Made by a program: the position numbers and the translations under genes. From Antedon mediterranea (taxonomy: Eukaryota > Animalia > Echinodermata), in the NCBI RefSeq assembly GCF_964355755.1, contig NC_092675.1, positions 5,947,812-6,011,811 on the forward strand: a DNA stretch of 64,000 nt, written 5' to 3'. This document shows positions 14,401 through 26,500 of the stretch, in pieces. How positions within the stretch are numbered: position 1 is the first letter of the stretch; each line of letters begins with the position of its first letter. The notes under the pieces were generated by a model. It was not told the DNA's origin. It did not search any database and saw only the letters and a list, made by a program, of their open reading frames with translations.

Positions 14401-17400
14401 CTCGATATCTTGCTAACTTGCTACTCCATAATAGAAAGTTAAAAAAAACATTATAAACTTTCATTTTTACCTACTCAACTTATATTTCTTTCTCGATACT
14501 CTTTCTCTATATTCCGCCTTTTTTTTTGGCAGGAGGCAATTGAGTTCCACAACAAAATATGCAGCAAGTTAAACTTTGATGCGATAGAACGTCAACCGAC
14601 TACGACAGTCACCAAGATTCCTCTTGGCTGCACAGTATGCAAGATAAAAAGCTTCAACACAGAAGATACAAACACTGTTGTTACCAATTACTATCAACAA
14701 GGCTGTGGGACCATCTATAAGATCACACTTATTGAACTACTTGTTGTAAGTATATGGCATTTCAATTTATACTTGGGGGCTTTTACAAAGTCTCCAGTCT
14801 TGGGCATGGAATGTAACTCTTAAACTCTGTCTAACACTATCAAACCTTATGTGATGTGACCATATATGGACATGATGTCATATCACTACCATATTTGGGC
14901 ACAACACACTTTTTTGTCGAACTAGTTTGATAGTGTAGACAGAGCTTTAGATTGTAAAACTACTGCTTTAAATTATTAGTAGGATATCCTAGAATCACAA
15001 GAATTCTGGAATGGCCACATGGCATTTTTTCCTTATTCTGTATTTTCTGTTTCACTAAAAAAAAATTTGTTAATATATATTTCAGGTAAATTTACATGGA
15101 TGACCATATAGAATTTGTAATGGATTCTTGAGTTTTAAAATCGTTTTAATCTTAAGTTTTTTTTCTTATTTAATAGATGCTGATGGAGGAACCATGTTTT
15201 GATTTTCTCCGTACACAAGAACAATTGGGGTAACTTCAGTTCAATTTTTTTTTTTTTTCATGTTTTCATGCCGCAAATCTTCTAATTGTAACCCTGGGTT
15301 ATTATTCCTTGATTGTTTTTTAAAGTGGGTTACTATTAGAGTAGTGGGTTACTATTACTGATCTTAATGTAGGCACCTGAAAATAGTAACCACCCCAACT
15401 TTTCCGGTCAGCAACTTATAGCAAAATAATAAAACGGTACGAATAAACAAATTTGGTTGAACTCTAACTTTATTTTTATAAACTCAAAAACACTCAATCC
15501 TCCCCCACTCTCGAGATCAACATGCAGTATCTCTTCATTTTCAAAATACGGCTGCATCATAAGTTTTTGTGACTAGTAGTGGGTTATTATTATAGATTGA
15601 CTTATAAGGTGGGTTACTATTAGAAGGGGGGTTACTATATTAGAAGGGGGGTTACTATTAGAAGAGTTACGGTTACTTATTGGATATATTTAGTATTGCC
15701 TTTTTGCAAGTATCATATAGTTGAAATCAATAACATATATGTTTGTCTCTTCCAGGTACAGTGTTCTTCCTACCTGCAGGAGTAGCTTTGGTATCATTGG
15801 ATTCTCTGTTACTGTCACTACGCAAGCAACTAAATTCAGGTAAAAAATATATCATTGTAATTTACACATCAAAATAAAAACATAGGGTATATGGTGTATA
15901 TTTACCAGTCATTTTCAAGTAGGGTTTTTTTCAACACACTATGAAATGCTAAGCACAGGGCATACATTTACAGGATTTAAAACAAACACATTACAAATTC
16001 CATGCTTTATAAAATTTCATTCACACTAGCAGAAAGTAGTAGTAGTAAGAAAAGTGCATGCTTATCTATTTATCGTCTATCGGTATCGTCCTAGTGTAAA
16101 TGGGCCTTTAGGTTATGACGCTGTTTTGGCCATATAGAAAAATTCTAGTGAGTGTGACTAAATACGACCACTTGAGATTGTGTGAAACATTGTGTAAAGC
16201 TCTGTCTACACTACCAAACTAATTTGTGCCCAAATATGCAAGTAATATTCCTAAATTTTGTAGTGATATGACATCATCATGTCCATAGGCACATCACATT
16301 TTGTTGTCACATAAAGTTTGATAGTGTAGACAGATCTTAATGTAACCATATGTATTTTTATATCATTTTGATAGTGTTTGGTTTTGATAAATGATTTTAA
16401 TTTATTTTTCTTACAGTGCTCTTCATGTAGATCAGCGGATAGAGGCTTTTCTGAAGCATTTCCGTGAGAAACTGCAAGCTATGACCGACAAAGAGTTCCA
16501 AACACAAGTGGATGCTCTTGTCACATTGAAGCAATGTGTGGATTTAAATCTAGCTGAAGAAGTCAATAGAAACTGGGGTGCTATACAAAGAGGAACATAT
16601 GTGTTTGATGTGCTGGAGAGAGAGGTTTGTTTATTTGTATACAAGCATTTTTATGTACCAACTTTATTTAATAATAGTTATTATTATTTAGTGTACTGTG
16701 ACCGTACTTAGGCTAATATAAGGGAACCATTTAAAATGTTTCAAATCTCATGGAAATAATTAGATATTTATTGAGTTGAGTGAAGATAAAGCTCCATATG
16801 AAGATAGGTATGTAATTACAACAACAATTAAGATGCGTTTGTTATTTAAAGGTTAAAGTATTAAAGACGGTAAAAAAGAAAGAGATACTTGATCTACTAG
16901 ATGAACTAGTGTACGAAGGAAAGAGCCGCAGAAAACTATCAACACAGGTATTTACATTTTAAAATATATATCAATATTATTGATGTTTGTGGTTACTGAT
17001 TACTGTATATAGAAAGATTCCAGCACTGTATTTAGTTAAATGCTATGATACAACAGTACATGTTTGTCACACACATCACTGTATCATAGGAACAATGTAC
17101 ACTGTATTTACCCTCACCTTAAAATTGTTCCTGGATACGTTAAGTAGTCCAGCCTAATTTGTTTGTCCTTCATTAGCATTCTTAAATTAAAATGTAATTT
17201 TTGTAATGAAAGGAAAAATATTAAATAAATATTGATTTACTTTTTATAATAGGTTGTTGGATTTGGTGATCAGGAAGACAAACTGACGTCGTCATCTGGA
17301 GATGCACGAAAGCAACTAAATGGAGTAACCAACAACCATGTTGATGATATGCAAATTAGCTACCTGTCATGTGATGGAAACAGTATAATGAATATTCATA

Positions 17401-17450
17401 AGTTTAAGGAATGTTTGGAAGTATATCCCGTCACAGTGATTAATCAATGA
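18..17450 (+). CDS. NRDC: Nardilysin (N-arginine dibasic convertase, peptidase M16A), 27 coding exons
   Basis: GT-AG exons join in frame: 18-64 ([16 protein letters not shown]), 2418-2691 ([15 protein letters not shown] plus long D/E-rich insert), 2823-2904 ([18 protein letters not shown], inverted zinc motif HxxEH), 3345-3445, 4245-4371, 4696-4791, 5046-5168, 5789-5846, 5955-6028, 6606-6675, 7117-7194 ([10 protein letters not shown]), 7411-7531, 7687-7745, 8354-8408, 9065-9169, 9668-9821, 10109-10159, 11396-11506, 11879-12081, 12605-12729, 13432-13591, 14533-14745, 15177-15229 ([11 protein letters not shown]), 15756-15839, 16417-16624, 16852-16947, 17253-17450 (TGA). The acidic insert before HxxEH separates nardilysin from IDE. 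The frame is open upstream of ATG 18, so the true start could lie outside the window. Confidence 0.93.
405..848. mobile_element. MITE with imperfect TIRs (CTGTC...GACAG) and many subterminal GGACCnATTTTGGC repeats
   Basis: ctgtcgcaccaaaatcagtccgggccaaaatcggtccggc is inversely matched by gccggaccgattttggctccggaccatatttatcgtgacag; flanked by GC on both sides (possible 2-bp TSD). Confidence 0.75.
906..1727. mobile_element. Ginger-like non-autonomous DNA transposon (TGT...ACA ends, TAGA TSD) with TTGCGCAA arrays
   Basis: Perfect TIR of about 33 bp, tgttatgcgcgatttgaacgatttgcgcaattt / aaattgcgcaaatcgttcaaatcgcgcataaca; TAGA at 902-905 and 1728-1731. It can also be read as a 6-bp ATAGAT TSD around 907-1726. 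Confidence 0.8.
1768..2386. mobile_element. Kolobok-type non-autonomous element (TTAA TSD)
   Basis: ttaa|agaccccttccct ... agggaatggggct|ttaa; AG...CT termini with TTAA on both sides. Confidence 0.75.
2993..3133. mobile_element. ~140-bp Harbinger-like MITE family (TIR agctctgtctacactatcaaact), about 11 copies in the window
   Basis: Same TIR and internal 'catatcactaccatatttgggcacatcac' at about 2993-3133, 4880-5002, 9921-10072, 11291-11375, 11694-11852, 14822-14949, 16196-16339, 19289-19399, 22850-23002, 25340-25423 and 26381-26490; TAA/TTA flanks. Confidence 0.85.
3545..3746. mobile_element. hAT-like MITE
   Basis: TIR caggccttgtctttt / aaaagacaaagcctg; the flanks share ctacct (degenerate TSD). 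Confidence 0.6.
5268..5570 (+). mobile_element. tRNA-derived SINE with Deu-domain-like core
   Basis: Pol III A-box-like tggccaagcggtt; core gataaggactataaaccgtaggtcc...ttaaagaac...gagtagaggcttaccccggtgtactgg resembles the DeuSINE/AmnSINE core (from memory); ends in (taaa)n. Confidence 0.7.
6758..7033. mobile_element. Kolobok-type MITE (TTAA TSD)
   Basis: ttaa|agatgtattgtcc ... ggacaatacgtct|ttaa. Confidence 0.8.
7800..8243. mobile_element. Tc1/mariner-like MITE with atagtaaccc subrepeats; second copy inverted at ~15268-15672
   Basis: Ends accgtaaatct / agatttacggt; the internal sequence is nearly identical in reverse complement to 15268-15672. Confidence 0.7.
10670..11266. mobile_element. 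Kolobok-type non-autonomous element (TTAA TSD)
   Basis: ttaa|agctcaggtacaggca ... tgcctgcacctggcct|ttaa. Confidence 0.75.
12750..12910. mobile_element. Harbinger-like MITE; older copy at ~8760-8905
   Basis: TIR agcttggttcccactag / ctagtgggaaccacgct with TWA flanks; the internal accaatgacaagc...tgattggtcaa is shared with 8760-8905. Confidence 0.7.
13969..14362. mobile_element. Harbinger-like MITE interrupted by a 189-bp TSD-flanked insertion; uninterrupted relative at ~33262-33439
   Basis: TIR aaggccaatttacacaga / tctgtgtaaattggcttt; the copy at 33262-33439 reads through the insertion site as aaaaatatagaatctatgttattcc. Confidence 0.75.
14116..14152 (+). ncRNA. Minimal type-I hammerhead-ribozyme-like motif (Penelope/retrozyme type)
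   Basis: TTGAGAA (U3-A8 variant of CUGANGA), an extra A, stem II GCCAACT-gat-AGTTGGC, then GAAACGTC with palindromic ACGT as stem III; stem I is degenerate. Confidence 0.5.
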
Positions 17451-18496
17451 TGAAAAATAAATAATTTACTTAGTTGATACATGTGTTTGAATTTACTCAT
17501 TTCCAAAAAAAATATGTTTATTTTAATAATAATACTATAATAATAATATACTATGTATTAATATTATTTATTTTGAAATTAGATGGCAGAAAAGTGAAAT
17601 ATAGATAATTATGTTCTGCAGTAAAAATTACACATTTCAGGAAGTAGGATATAATTTATTATTTCCTATCTATACGTCAATAGTAGGCTTTAGTTGCCTT
17701 ACAACAGAATTCAGGAGTACAGTCGACGTCGATAGGAAGCAATGCTATGCATGGTGAACTGAACCGAAAGCACCATACCAAATATTGACTATCAGCACAG
17801 TATATCATTTTACATGCATGCAAGGAATCAAAATAGTCCCAATGGATAACTTACTTGCTGACTGCAACAAGTCCTAATTGTCTTATCTGTGACTTGTATA
17901 CCTTAGTTCCAGTGCTATCTCTTTTTAATGGGTGCTAGTTTTGAGATTGTTACCTTGTTTTTATTATTTTATGGGTTTGTATTTAAGTTTTAAACTTATT
18001 TGGTTAAGATATGATAAATTCTACAAATTGTTTCCATATGAGAAATGTTGTAATGCAAGAAATGAGTACAATACACAATAATTCTATTTATACATCAGAA
18101 ATAAATACTGTAATAGCGCATTTGGTTTAAAGAATTTTATTGAGGTAAACTTGTGTTTAAAATCCTATAACATACAGTGTGCATAACACATCAGATGAAG
18201 CAATGCTGATGCTTCTAAAGTAGGAGAATGACACTCATTTAAAAGAATGTACAGTAATTGCTAATATTAAACAAAATGATTCCAGACACCTTATATTAGT
18301 GCATTTTAGTAATATCATGCACAAATAAGTTATTTCTTCATCATAATAATACTAAAAAATAAACTAGTGTTGGTGAGGTACGTTTTTTATCAAATACAAA
18401 TAATATTTTAAAATTCAATATGAATGATGGTATATATATATATCAACAAATCAGGCAAAGAACAGTAATTCTAAACTGCCTGGTGATATACTGAAA

Positions 18497-18626
18497 TTTA
18501 ATTAATTAATTTGAAACGATAAAGATGAGGAAATCTGTGAGAATGAGAAAAATTCGCCCCAACCAAGACACGAACTTGGACCTTCTGCTTAATATGCAGT
18601 TGTCCTAACCATTAGACCACTGGGGC
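18497..18626 (-). mobile_element. tRNA-headed SINE (cloverleaf-like head at 18555-18626)
   Basis: The minus strand reads GCCCCAGTGGTCTAATGGTTAGGACAACTGCATATTAAGCAGAAGGTCCAAGTTCGTGTCTTGGTTGGGGC and folds as a cloverleaf; its downstream body recurs at ~48890-48942. Confidence 0.65.
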
Positions 18627-19966
18627 TTTCATGGTATTGTTGGAGAATAGTTTCTCGAAACATGTCACATTTACATTTTAAGGCAATTTGCCTTTTTATT
18701 AAATGCCTCGTTATAGTCATCCTAACTCGCAAGTTTGGTGGTATTATTCATGATATATATATAATACAGTATTTATTCGAAGGAGGGTTTTTAGGTGGCT
18801 GTTTATTCAAGGGGTTTTTTTTTTGGTTGCAATATTTAACATGTATAATTAAATAAATACCCCTAGATATGAAAATAAATATCGAGAAGTGATGAAATAC
18901 AGTAAAAATTGTATCAAAATGCTTGGTAAATTGTAGATCAATGAATTCTTCCACAAATAAAATTTTGTGTTAAATATGCATGTGTTTAATTGAAGAAATA
19001 AATAAACGCCCAGGGAAGGGGGGGGGTGTTTATTTGAGGGGTTATTGAAAGCGGTGTATTTATTCGAATAAATAATGTCAAACAATTTACATAAATCATA
19101 ATTTTATATATTTGTTTATTCCTTATAAACATAATAATTCATAGACCACCTGTATTTGTAATTCATCATTAATTTAATAGTTTATATTCGTTGCTATAGC
19201 AGTATAACAATTTACTTATTCTGAATTATTTATAAAAGTGAAAGTAATAATAAAAGTATATATAACCAAACACACACCACACACTTTCTAAGGTCTACAC
19301 TATCAAACTTTATGCAACAAAAAATGTGATGTGCCAATATATGGACACTACCATATTTGGGCATATCACTAACATATTTGGTAGTGTAGACATAGCTTAA
19401 TATATTTTATGTAAAAGATGACTTGTGTTTTGACCTATCTATACAAAACATACCTTAATTACAAAAGTAGTATAATTTTATAGTCTTACTCTAATTTATT
19501 ATTTCATATAAAGATATAACAATATAACCAAAAGCTGCATAGGAAGGCACTGTAAATAGGAAAATAAAATATTGTGATATTAACATGTATCAAATTTTAA
19601 CAAGGTTTGAATATAATAGCGAAAAGGTCATTTTGTAATAATGCTCCAGGGGACACGCTCCTGTTTCAGTTCAAAGACATTCCTCATTGTTAAGTGAGAG
19701 AGTATGAAATTATTCAGGATTAGCGCATAACAAATTGCTAGTAACAGCTTTTTAAATGTCAATATTAAATGTTTTTATTGACACTAAATGAATAACAAAA
19801 ATAAATATATATTCTAAAGGCTTGTGGTTAATGAGGCCTTAGGGAATAGAAATTGCTAAAAAAATAATTGAATACAAAAATGAACAAACAGAAGAGTATT
19901 TTAAGATTAAGTTGTTGAATCTCTATCTGACTGAAGTTTTCATCTATTAGTAAACATACTATTTCT

Positions 19967-20310
19967 GTCACATTTTTGGTACCTATAAATATATCTTGTA
20001 GAGGGACAAATCAGTCACATTTTTGGTACCTATAAACATATCTTATAGAGGGACTCAACGGTCTCATTTTTGGTACTTATAAACATATCTTATAGAGGGA
20101 CTGATCGGTCACATTTTTGGTACCTATAAACATATCTTAAAGAGGGACTGATCGGTCACATTTTTTTGGTACCTATAAACATATCTTATAGAGGGACTGA
20201 TCGGTCAAATTGTTGGTACCTATAAACATATTTTGTACAGGAACTAATTGGTGACATTTTTTAGACATTTCTTGAGGAGGGACTGATCAGTAACATTTTT
20301 GGTACCTGTA
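19967..20310. repeat. 47-bp minisatellite, about 7 copies, just 3' of the GLDC stop
   Basis: Unit gtcacatttttggtacctataaacatatcttatagagggactgatcg. Confidence 0.9.
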
Positions 20311-20510
20311 AGTAACATGGATTTTTTTTTTGTAGATGGAAATCCAGTACTATTCTTTTATTATAAAAAACATTGGATTGTTATCTCTGAAATACCAGAT
20401 AAAACTCAATTATCTCATTCAATTCCTGTTGTTGCATAATATTAAATGAATAGTACAAATATTGATATATATATATTCTATCTTTGTAATAATTAATTGA
20501 AGACATTAAA

Positions 20511-23500
20511 TCAACTTTCATCTTCATAAGCTTCCATCGGTGGACAGGTACAAATTAGATGTTGATCACCGTATACGTCATCTATTCGAGCGACAGATGG
20601 CCAAAACTTATTATCTGGTTTTACAAACGACTAAAAGACAAAAACAAATAAATAACAATATATTAGTAAAGGATTTAAATAATAACAATTAAATCCTAAC
20701 AAATTAAATCCATTTTAATCCTAACACTGTTCACAGTGTTAGGATTAACACTATTAAATTAAACACAGTTCTAAAAGTTAAAGTTGTTACACTTCCCATT
20801 CATTTTATTTGGTCAAAATCATTGCAACAACTTGACAGCATACATCAATACATATCTTGTCTAGCTGACACAGGTCAATGCACTTTATATAACCACAGAA
20901 TTGCAAAACACACAATTATAATTTGTAATCATGCTCACCCACTATAAATTAATAACTAATTTATCTCCCAATACAATATGTATTTGTTTTTGTCGTTGAT
21001 GTGGTGTGTATTAGTACAGTTATAAGACTGATTGTTTAGGTATCATTGTATACACATTACATTGACATAATTCAACTACATAGTATCTGTATTGAAAATA
21101 AAAACTAGGTTCTTTATCACTAATAATTGCACTCTCAAGCCTACTACATAAAACTAGGGTTCTTTATCACTAATAATTGAACACTCAAGTCTACGACATA
21201 AAACTAGGTTCTTTATCACTAATAATTGCACTCGCAAGCCTACTACATAAAACCAGGGTTCTCTATCACTAATAAATTACATAAAACCGGGGTTCTTTAT
21301 CACTAATAATTGCACTCCCAAGCCTACTACATAAAACCAGGGTTCTCTATCACTAATAAACTACTAATAATTGCATACTTGAGTCTACTGCTTATCAGCA
21401 TTAAGTCCATCAAAAGAGCTTATTTTCAATCATTTTTTCAAACTGTGTAAACACTTACTGCTGGATATGCCGCTTGCTTCCTTGGATATGCCTTATCCCA
21501 TGTATCCGACATCACTACGTGTTGAGGGTGTGGCGCAAACTTTAAAGGGCTGTCTTTACTGTCAATACGACCTTCCTCAACATCAGCAATCTCTGCTCGT
21601 ATGGCTAAAGATAAATAATGGTAGCATATTTATTGATGGAAATTCAAGAGGGAGAATGCTATTCTTAAAATGTTGTTTTGTTTGTTATTTTTTTATAATA
21701 CTGTACAGTAGGCTAGTCAAGATAAATCAATTACAGTATCTGATATATCAAATATGTTGATTGAAGAAAAATGGGGATTTGTAGAGGCTAGATTGGGGGT
21801 AGTATGTTCAATCAATTATTATTATTATAGTGTTCATATGTTTTTAAACAGGTGTATAAATGGGAACCCGGTTAGATCAAGACACATCCTTGCACTGATT
21901 ACTAGCTGCATTAAGGGATTATATGTTTCCATATGTGTTAGATCCAAAATGATTGGGGTAATAATGTTCAGTTCTTAGAGGTTTCACAACATTAGGTGCT
22001 ATATAAATCCAGGATATTATTATTATTATTATTATTTTGATCATTTTTTAAATATGGAAGGTGTAACTCTCTATGATTATTTCAAACTGCATACCTTTAT
22101 CATCAACTCCCTATCAGCAATGCAACAGCAGCAACAAAACATGCCACCATAGGTTGAATAAACTTATACTAAATGGTTGGGAGTTTTAAATGTAAATTTG
22201 TATTATTATCAAAATTAATGTAAATATTTACTTAGTAGGGCATCACAGTATCGATCCAATTCTTCTTTGTTTTCACTCTCGGTTGGTTCTATCATTAAGG
22301 TGTTACTAACTGGCCATGACATAGTCGGGGCATGGAAACCTACAACACAAATCATCAATGAAAAATAATGAACATTTTGTACACACATTTGGCAGATATC
22401 CTGGTACATTTGTTATTTCATAGAAATGTCATCGTCCTTGCAAAGGGTTCAACAGAACATAAATTCATAGGTAAACAAAGTATTACTAAATATATATCAA
22501 TCATATTAAATAAACAGACCTTGTGAGGTAAAGTAAGGCAAGTCATTATGAATCATAATAATGCCATATATCAAACCTATTGGTGGACCCTCTGATTTAT
22601 AGATAGATTACAAGTTGTAAATATAATTATATGTTGACATTTGATTTTTACATACCAAAATCCTGCAACCTTTTAGCAATATCAGCTGATTCTATGCCTG
22701 CTGATGTTTTGAAGTCCCTAGTATCAAGGATGAACTCATGAGCTACAAAACCTACAAACACACACACAACATAAAAACAAATAGTAATTAGTACATATAC
22801 ATTAAACCCCCTCATTTGAGACACCCCTATTCAGGGGAAACTTTCTCTTAAGCTCTATATACACCATCAAACTTTATGTGACAACAAATTATGTACCCAT
22901 GTATGGACATGACGTCATATCACTACCATATTTGGGCACATCACTACCATATTTGGGCACATTATACTTTTTTTGTTTAACTATAGTTTGATAGTGTAGA
23001 CATACATTTTTTAACAGTAGAGCCAACTTCAATTTTGGGGACACCTAAATTCAGGGGACGGTCTAATTCAATGGACACCCCAACTTTGTTGGGTCCTGAG
23101 GATGTCCTCTCAATAGAGGTTCTATGGTATTAGGTTTATGTGCTGTTATGAAGGTAATATGTATGACAGTAGTGGTGCTATAGTACCAACCTGTAGATCC
23201 TCGAAACAAAATCTTGTACGGTCCTTCTAACTTCTTTGCCATGTAGTTAGCATTCAATATTGCCACTTGTGTTGCTTTTCTTAAACCATCTGGTCCCATC
23301 ATCTACACAAAATAACAAATATTCTAAATTGCACATTATTGAACATAGAAAATACAAAAATCATAATAATACATAATAGCATTTATTCAGTACAATATGT
23401 TACATTATACACAACCATATGTTTGGAATTGATGATTACATAACTTTACATTTATATTCACTCATTATGCCAATTAGATATTAATTCAAATCTACAAAGA

Positions 23501-26500
23501 TGATAATTATCATAATTACTATTCTATTTGTATTAGTTATTATTAGTATAATTGCACATTATTTAGCATATGCTGTTTAGGGTTACCCTCATTAAATAAG
23601 GTTTAATAAAACAATTAAAAACAAATAAAAGTATCTGTTATGTTAATGTCAATTTACTTCTGCATTCACTTGACATCACTCACCTTAATATAAGCCCATG
23701 AAATAGGAAGAATTGCACTAGAGCCCCATGGAGCTGCACTCACAACGCCAAAGGGGGATGCTCCATCACTGTCAGTACCAACAGGGGGAACTAAGGGATG
23801 GGTTGGCAAGAATGGGGTTAAATGTTTCTTCCTATAAACAAACATACATTTTATTAATACTGTATCTTTTAAATTATCTTTATTTATATATTAGGCCAAA
23901 TAAAAAAACATACTTGTTAAGCGTCACCGCCCGCTCCTGATTATCCAGCCGCCTCTCTTTTTATTTTTATTTTTTTTTTACCCATATACAACGGAAAGTT
24001 CAGCGGCCCGGCCCAGCTCCAGAGCAGGGCTCAAAATTCACGCTAGCAAACTAGCATTTTGCTAGTAGATTCTTCATAATTGCTAGTTGAAAATTTCAAA
24101 ACTAGCAAATGTTTGCTAGGCTGGTGTAATTTTTTTTAAATACGTACTTCTTAGCTTAGCCACGCTAGCTAGCCACCGATCGCTCTATGTCGACAACGGC
24201 AATTTGGTGAAAACAATTGTTTCATTTACACGCCGCCGATTTACGTCAAGGAAACGCGAATAGCACCGCGAATCATGTAATGTGGTAAACAGCAAGCTTT
24301 TTCCCCAACACATTAAATCACGTGCATTTAGTACGTCGCTGAGGATTACATCATCAGTCACGTGATTACAGAATACACGATTATCAATTTAGGGATTTAA
24401 CGAAATAAATATTTTGCCTACACAGTGGTCGAAGCGCGTTTTTTATAGGTTCGTAAATAGGAAACACCCCATACATAATGGGCTCTACCAATTTTGTTTA
24501 CGATGATCTCGCGCTCGAGATCGGCACACCACGAGGTCCTGTTGGGCGATGGGCCCGGCGATGCGTTTTCTTATGCTTGGTTTACCTGTGGAATAATTAC
24601 ACACACTTTTCGCATCACAACTTTAAATACTGATTTACACAGCAATTGGCAAAGGATTCATAAGAATGAATACGTTGAATAAAAATTCACTTAAGAAATG
24701 CCGTAAGCTGTTTTCAAAATCAGCCCACTATTTAGTATTATTGAGACCAACATCATGCTTCTCGCGATAGGGAATTTCCTAGATAGATGAGTCGAGCGAG
24801 AGACGGCGGCGGACCATGGCCGATGAGTGAGGCGGGGGTGGCAGCTTGGACGGATTAGCCTAGGGCCTACAATTTCGCTCGGTGGCAATTAAATTTAATG
24901 TTTTAATTACGTCTAGATATAAACAATACAAAACTCAATTTTGTCATCGGCAATAATATTTCATACATAGTCAATTTTGTTCTGTTTCGCATTTTAAAAG
25001 TTTGACGTTTCGTCCTAAAAAAAACTGGGCCAAAACGTCCATCGCACAAAATTATACCTCCATAAAAAGTAAAAAAAAAAAAAAAAAAAACCGTCCCCCC
25101 GCCCCTGAAAATTTATGAGGGTGTGACGCTTAACAAGTATTTTTTTTATTTGGCCTTATATATAATTTATTTTTTCATTGGTTGTGGCTATTGTAAAAAC
25201 ATAACTTGGCATATATATTTAATTTCTTTATTTCAGAAATATCCATAGAGTAGCATATAAATATTGTGTGAAAAATAATATTATTATATATACATATACT
25301 GAACAAAGATACTCCAAACCAACCAAACAGCAACCATCATGTCCATGACATTATGATGTAATATCACTACCAAATTTGGGCACTTTTTTTGGTCAAACTA
25401 GTTTGATAGTGTAGACAGAGCCTAATACAAGCACAATCATTAGTACAGTACTCTATTATAATGCTATATGAAAAAGGAACTCTGTTGCTCACAAACTCAT
25501 ATAATTAATATTTGTTATGATTGAATTTGCCAGATAATCCATTATATGGCTTGGATTCAAAATAGATTAATCATTCATTTTGTTATTTAAATGAAGCACT
25601 ACTGTTCAGTATATGTATATATAATATATTAATTAAAATTAATAAGCATTTATACAAAGATGATCAAATGTAATAATACTCAAATTCTAATTTTATATTG
25701 TTCAAATTTTTCAATAATAAAAGAATGCAAAATTAATTAAGTTATGCAGTTGTAAAGTAAGTAAAATTCATATTAATATTTTATGCAATACTTACACACC
25801 AATTGGGCCCATTCCAGGCCCACCGCCTCCATGAGGTATGCAAAATGTTTTATGTAAATTTAAATGGGAGACATCTGAGCCATAATCTCCAGGCCGGCAC
25901 AGGCCCACCTGGGCATTCATATTAGCACCATCTACATACACCTGACCACCTGCTTTGTGGATTAATTCACATATCTCAGCTACACTTTCCTCGAAGATTC
26001 CATTTGTTGATGGGTAGGTTATCATAATTGCGGCTAATTCTTCATGATTTTCTTCAACCTGTCAATTTAAAACCACTAATAATTACACACCAATGTAATG
26101 CATGTAGTACTGTAATAGCAAGGTGTTTAATAGGTTTTAGAAATTACACCAAACAAGTGTATTTGACAAATATTGAAGTTATTGAAACATTGTCCAATGA
26201 AACTTACTTTCTTTTTTATGTCATCGATGTCAATAGCGCCATCGTTTGATACTTTGATTGGTTTGACCTTCATACCTGCCATATGCGCACTTGCTGGATT
26301 GGTTCCATGCGCTGATGTTGGAATTAAACAAACCTATAAAAATAATAAATAGACAATGTCAGGAATCTGATACTTTTGGTAAACTCTGTCTACACTATCA
26401 ACCTTTATGTGACAAAAAAATGTGATGTGCGCATATATGGACATGATGTCATATTACTACCATATTTAGGTCACATCACCACCATATCATCACATCACAA

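Noticed and set aside
18-17450. Insulin-degrading enzyme (IDE)
   Set aside because: The long acidic insertion ahead of HFLEH is characteristic of nardilysin.
18555-18626. Functional tRNA gene
   Set aside because: The anticodon loop and T-loop are non-canonical, and it is attached to a body sequence repeated at ~48890; better explained as a SINE head.
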